DNA of 64,000 nucleotides, taken from assembly GCA_047495785.1 (NCBI GenBank), contig JBLDXI010000031.1, forward strand, positions 1 to 64,000. The letters run 5' to 3'. Positions 60,585-64,000 of this stretch are shown piece after piece; position 1 is the first letter of the stretch; every line of letters begins with the position of its first letter. The stretch comes from Lepidodermella squamata. Lineage: Eukaryota; Animalia; Gastrotricha. A program made the position numbers and the translations under genes. A model generated the notes under the pieces. The model was not told the DNA's origin, did no database searches, and saw only the letters and a program-made list of their open reading frames with translations.

Positions 60585-61435
60585 AAACAATGAATTACGA
60601 TCAAGCGCCGAGTGAAGAGAGTAGTGGCGAGATGCAGTTGAATGAATTTGCATGCGTAGTGAGGCAGTTGAATGAGTGATCTGCATCTCAGGGCTGAAAC
60701 AAAATAAAATGCGGGCTTGCATATTTCGACTGTTCGCACTGAAAATGGGCTCCGGTTGCGGATAATTGAAATGTGCATTTGAAATTGATGAAGTCTCGTA
60801 CTTCACTCGAATGAATGGGGTATACTCGACTTGCACAAAACGTTTTGCGCAAACAAACTTGCACAAACTTTTTTGCACAAAATTTTTCTCATTCGTTCGA
60901 ATCGCCGATGAATTCTAAGCATCGTGTTATTCGACTTTTTTAAGCGATCAGGCCTCGTTGCAAAAATACATAACGCTTACGCATTCAGAGTTTGTGAATC
61001 GGTCGTATGTTATATGTTTTTCTTAAAACATGCGAGCGAGGCAAAAAAACTTAACGCAAAACTTGTCTACTTATTTCATGCAGAGTTTGTGCGGAGACCT
61101 TAACATCCATGGTGATCGATGTTGTTCACAAACAATTTAGCGAAGATTGTATTATTCTCAATTTCACGTACATTGTTGGATTGTGCCACAAATAAGGTGT
61201 TCGGTAATACTATTACAACATTAATGTATATAAAATCCCATTTGAAGTGCCATTATGACGATGCTAGGTATTCATTTATTGTCATGGAAATACATAAATT
61301 CGCTAAATTTTACCTATAGCGGTGTATTTTACCTAATAACATTCAGAAAAACACACAAGATAACTCAGGTTACTAAAATTTGCTGGTCTTTATTCTGTTC
61401 GGTCAACCTGGGACGTTGGATTACTGCCAAATATT

Positions 61436-61753
61436 TCTCTTCGCGCTCTGGTGGGATATCTTAAAAAGCTGAAGTAGTGGCGCCGTCGTTGACCTGAGCA
61501 GACGACACGGTTGTATCCGCAGAGGCCGCTTAAGGATGCACACGTGGGCAGCCATGACTCTCAATGGTTGTCTCGCTCGAGAGGTGGGGAAACCCACGGG
61601 TCGATTGACGGTCTTCTGCGAAAAGGCTTAGATAAACTTGAGCGGGGTTCGGCACCACATCCAATGGTGTCAATACCTCATTAGAGTGGGAGGAATCGGG
61701 GGCGGGTAGCCAGCTCGCTCTCTCACCTTCTAGTCTGTAATCATCATCATCAT
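61436..61753 (+). mobile_element. Probable 3' end of a non-LTR retroposon (LINE/SINE) with a (CAT)n tail
   Basis: GC-rich ~320 nt block absent from the paralogous duplicated segment, ending in TAATCATCATCATCAT. Confidence 0.5.
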
Positions 61754-62105
61754 CTGAAGAAAACGGGTTTGCTGACGTGCTACGTTACCAAAATTGCACG
61801 GCAATAGCGTTAACATCTCTTCCTGTTGTTTTCAGTTCTTATGGTAATTAGTAATAGGCAATTTTGAATTGAAATTCATGAATCCCGTGGATATCTATGA
61901 TAAAATTTATTCGGTGAATCGATTCCTGCGCGAAAAATTGGGAAAAAACGCGCCATCACACATTAGTCTAGAATAATCATAGGGAACGTAGTGAGAGTCT
62001 AGAAGAATCAAAACATGTGATAAACATGTGATCACTACGTTCTCTTTGAATCAAAGAATCCCACTATAAACTAATGAACGTTAAGTCAATTTGTCGTTCG
62101 ATTCG

Positions 62106-62565
62106 TTACATCTTGGCGAAGTAGATGAGTGCTGTAGCACCCAAGATAAGAGCAGCCAGTGGCGTCGCCATTTCACCTGAGTTGCATTTATCAGTCGTGC
62201 AGCAATAAACCTCTGAGCACGCGATCGACAAAGCACAGCCGCTAGCCGGCGTACAGCTCGTTGAACAGCCCTTTGAAATCGAGGTGGTTGTGGCGCCGAA
62301 CAATGTTGTTTTCGTAACAGATTTCTTTAGAAATCGGACAATGACAATGGGTTCAACAAAGTAGTTGTGACTTACCGAGCAAGCGGTGTATTGCGTACCA
62401 TTGCACGTATTTGTTGTTCCATCGCTACCATCGTAGCATGTTAGGGCATCTACAAGTCAAACGTTAACATTTAGTTTTGAAAAATTGGGGCTCTCTAAAA
62501 TTACCTGCGAAGGTGGCCAAGGCGGCCAGAGCGAAAACGACATACATAGCTTGCGTAACGGCCAT
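62106..62565 (-). CDS. Ly6/uPAR three-finger protein (copy 2)
   Basis: Near-identical to 57928-58387; the last-exon ORF is identical at protein level. Confidence 0.9.
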
Positions 62566-62984
62566 TGCCAGATAGATGATATAAGGTTAGCTGTAATTGC
62601 TGGATTCTGATTTGCGGATGATTTCCATGACGATTTCTGGCCGCTTTATATGCACTGGCGCTGATTCAAGTTGTTCATCTGCTAATTTCTCAGCTACACC
62701 TCCACCCATCATTTGACTCAAATACAAATTTCGTTTGCGGATCCGCGAAACATGAATTAATTTGGCTATTTTCTCGGGAATACCTATGCATCGACACAGT
62801 TTGAGTAATATGTAGTTATGCTCCCTTGCCGTGTCAATTAACTTGATTGCTCATAGTGGATTAACGTGACTCCATGTTTTAGCACTCCAGTCAGCTATAT
62901 GACTTCGTGTAAGCTAGTGGCTAGGTAGTGTTGCAATTTTGCAAAAATAAGAATAGCCGGGATAGCACAGGACTTCAACCTTCA

Positions 62985-63915
62985 AATCGAGCTTGTAGAT
63001 GAAGAAAGAGGTTCCAAAGCACTGATCTTTGTTGGAGTCATAGCAGGTGTTGTTGCTATAAAAATAATGGAAGCCTTGGCGTTTGGCGTCTTTCAAACAT
63101 GCGTCGCGACATTCAGCAGTGTTCGCCATTGTTTCTTGACCGCTGCGAATAACCAAACTTATTGCTGATCGTTGCGGGTGAAACTTCATACTCAGATCCT
63201 TCCAAATGCTACAACGGCGTTTAGCCCAATCAGACCATCAAACTTCATGCAGAAATAAGACTGATTGATATTATAACTCACTTCAGTCTCGAATTTCACT
63301 TCAAAATTATTTATTTCACTTTCGAATTTCGCATTCACTTCACAGACATAAACCAAGCTCATCTTGACATACTCCCCGCAAACCCGAACTATCGCAGCTC
63401 ACAGCCTCACGTAAGTGAAGCCCTCGACACCGTAACGGCCGGGAATCAATGTCTTGCACTGGTCTTTGTTCTCTATGGATAGAACTTATCAAAAATTAGG
63501 AAATTAGTTTCTGCATTCGATAATAAACCATGACAACAGCTTCAAAAAAAGTTAAATTGAACGACTTTTTGAGGAACGTAGATGCTTCATACCAAGAGCT
63601 ACCTTTTGATACTTGGAGCGATCTTGGATGATTTTAACGAACTATCGCAGCTCACAGCCTCACGTAAGTGAAGCCCTCAACACGGTAACGGTCGGGAACC
63701 AATGTCTTGCACTGGTCTTTGTTGGGGACATAGCAGGTATTGTTGTTATAGAAATAACGGAAGCCTTGGCATTTGGCGTCTTTCATCGCCACTTTCGGCA
63801 GTGTTCGCCAGTTTCTTGATCGCTGCGAAGTTGCCGTTGCATTGATTCGCATTAGCCTTGCTGAATTGGGCAATTACTATAGCCATCAGCCAGTCAGCGG
63901 AATAACGAACATTTA
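62985..63915 (-). pseudogene. Several broken PAN/apple-domain gene copies
   Basis: ANTAECRDACLKDAKRQGFHYFYSNNTCY (~62985-63130), a fragment at ~63390-63470, and a frameshifted copy at 63640-63915 (KDAKCQGFRYFYNNNTCYVPNKDQC). Confidence 0.6.
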
Positions 63916-64000
63916 TGATAGGCTCTGCTTGCAAGAAAATAAAAACACACACGCTGAAATCTTCAACCCACTCTCCGGGCATTTAACAACGGCAACGCAT

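Larger units (their letters stand above)
56982..64000 (+). repeat. Direct segmental duplication (~56982-59490 vs ~61194-64000)
   Basis: Shared blocks such as AGGTGTTCGGTAATACTAT (~56982 and ~61194) and CAAAATTGCACGGCAAT (~57618 and ~61789), continuing through the Ly6 gene and into the PAN copies. Confidence 0.9.

Overview
Eukaryotic (animal) genomic DNA with short GT-AG introns. The first 17 nt match my recollection of PacBio barcode bc1003 plus the T overhang. They precede a ~1 kb fold-back (19-1050 vs 1311-2342) that is most likely a library or amplification chimera. Contents, left to right: (1) a large multi-exon minus-strand collagen gene with a Cys-rich N-terminal domain and an almost proline-free (GSQGSKGAQ)n helix; (2) an unknown two-exon gene; (3) a tightly linked, probably polycistronic block of a classical calpain, a non-coding host gene with 5-6 intronic H/ACA snoRNAs (predicted 28S helix-69 and 3'-domain targets) and an intact PARP1 that carries an antisense copia/Tc1 remnant in one intron; (4) two tandem PARP1 paralogs, one lacking the catalytic domain and one with a degenerate catalytic site; (5) a piggyBac-type MITE and LINE-like remnants; (6) a SAP-less SARNP-like gene tightly linked to a SYCP1-like coiled-coil gene with an intronic tRNA-Leu(CAG); (7) a pseudo-astacin (astacin-EGF-CUB-kringle), an ankyrin-repeat gene and a divergent BMP-like ligand; (8) a segmental duplication carrying Ly6/uPAR and PAN/apple-domain genes. 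All family calls come from motif recognition by eye; no database searches were run.
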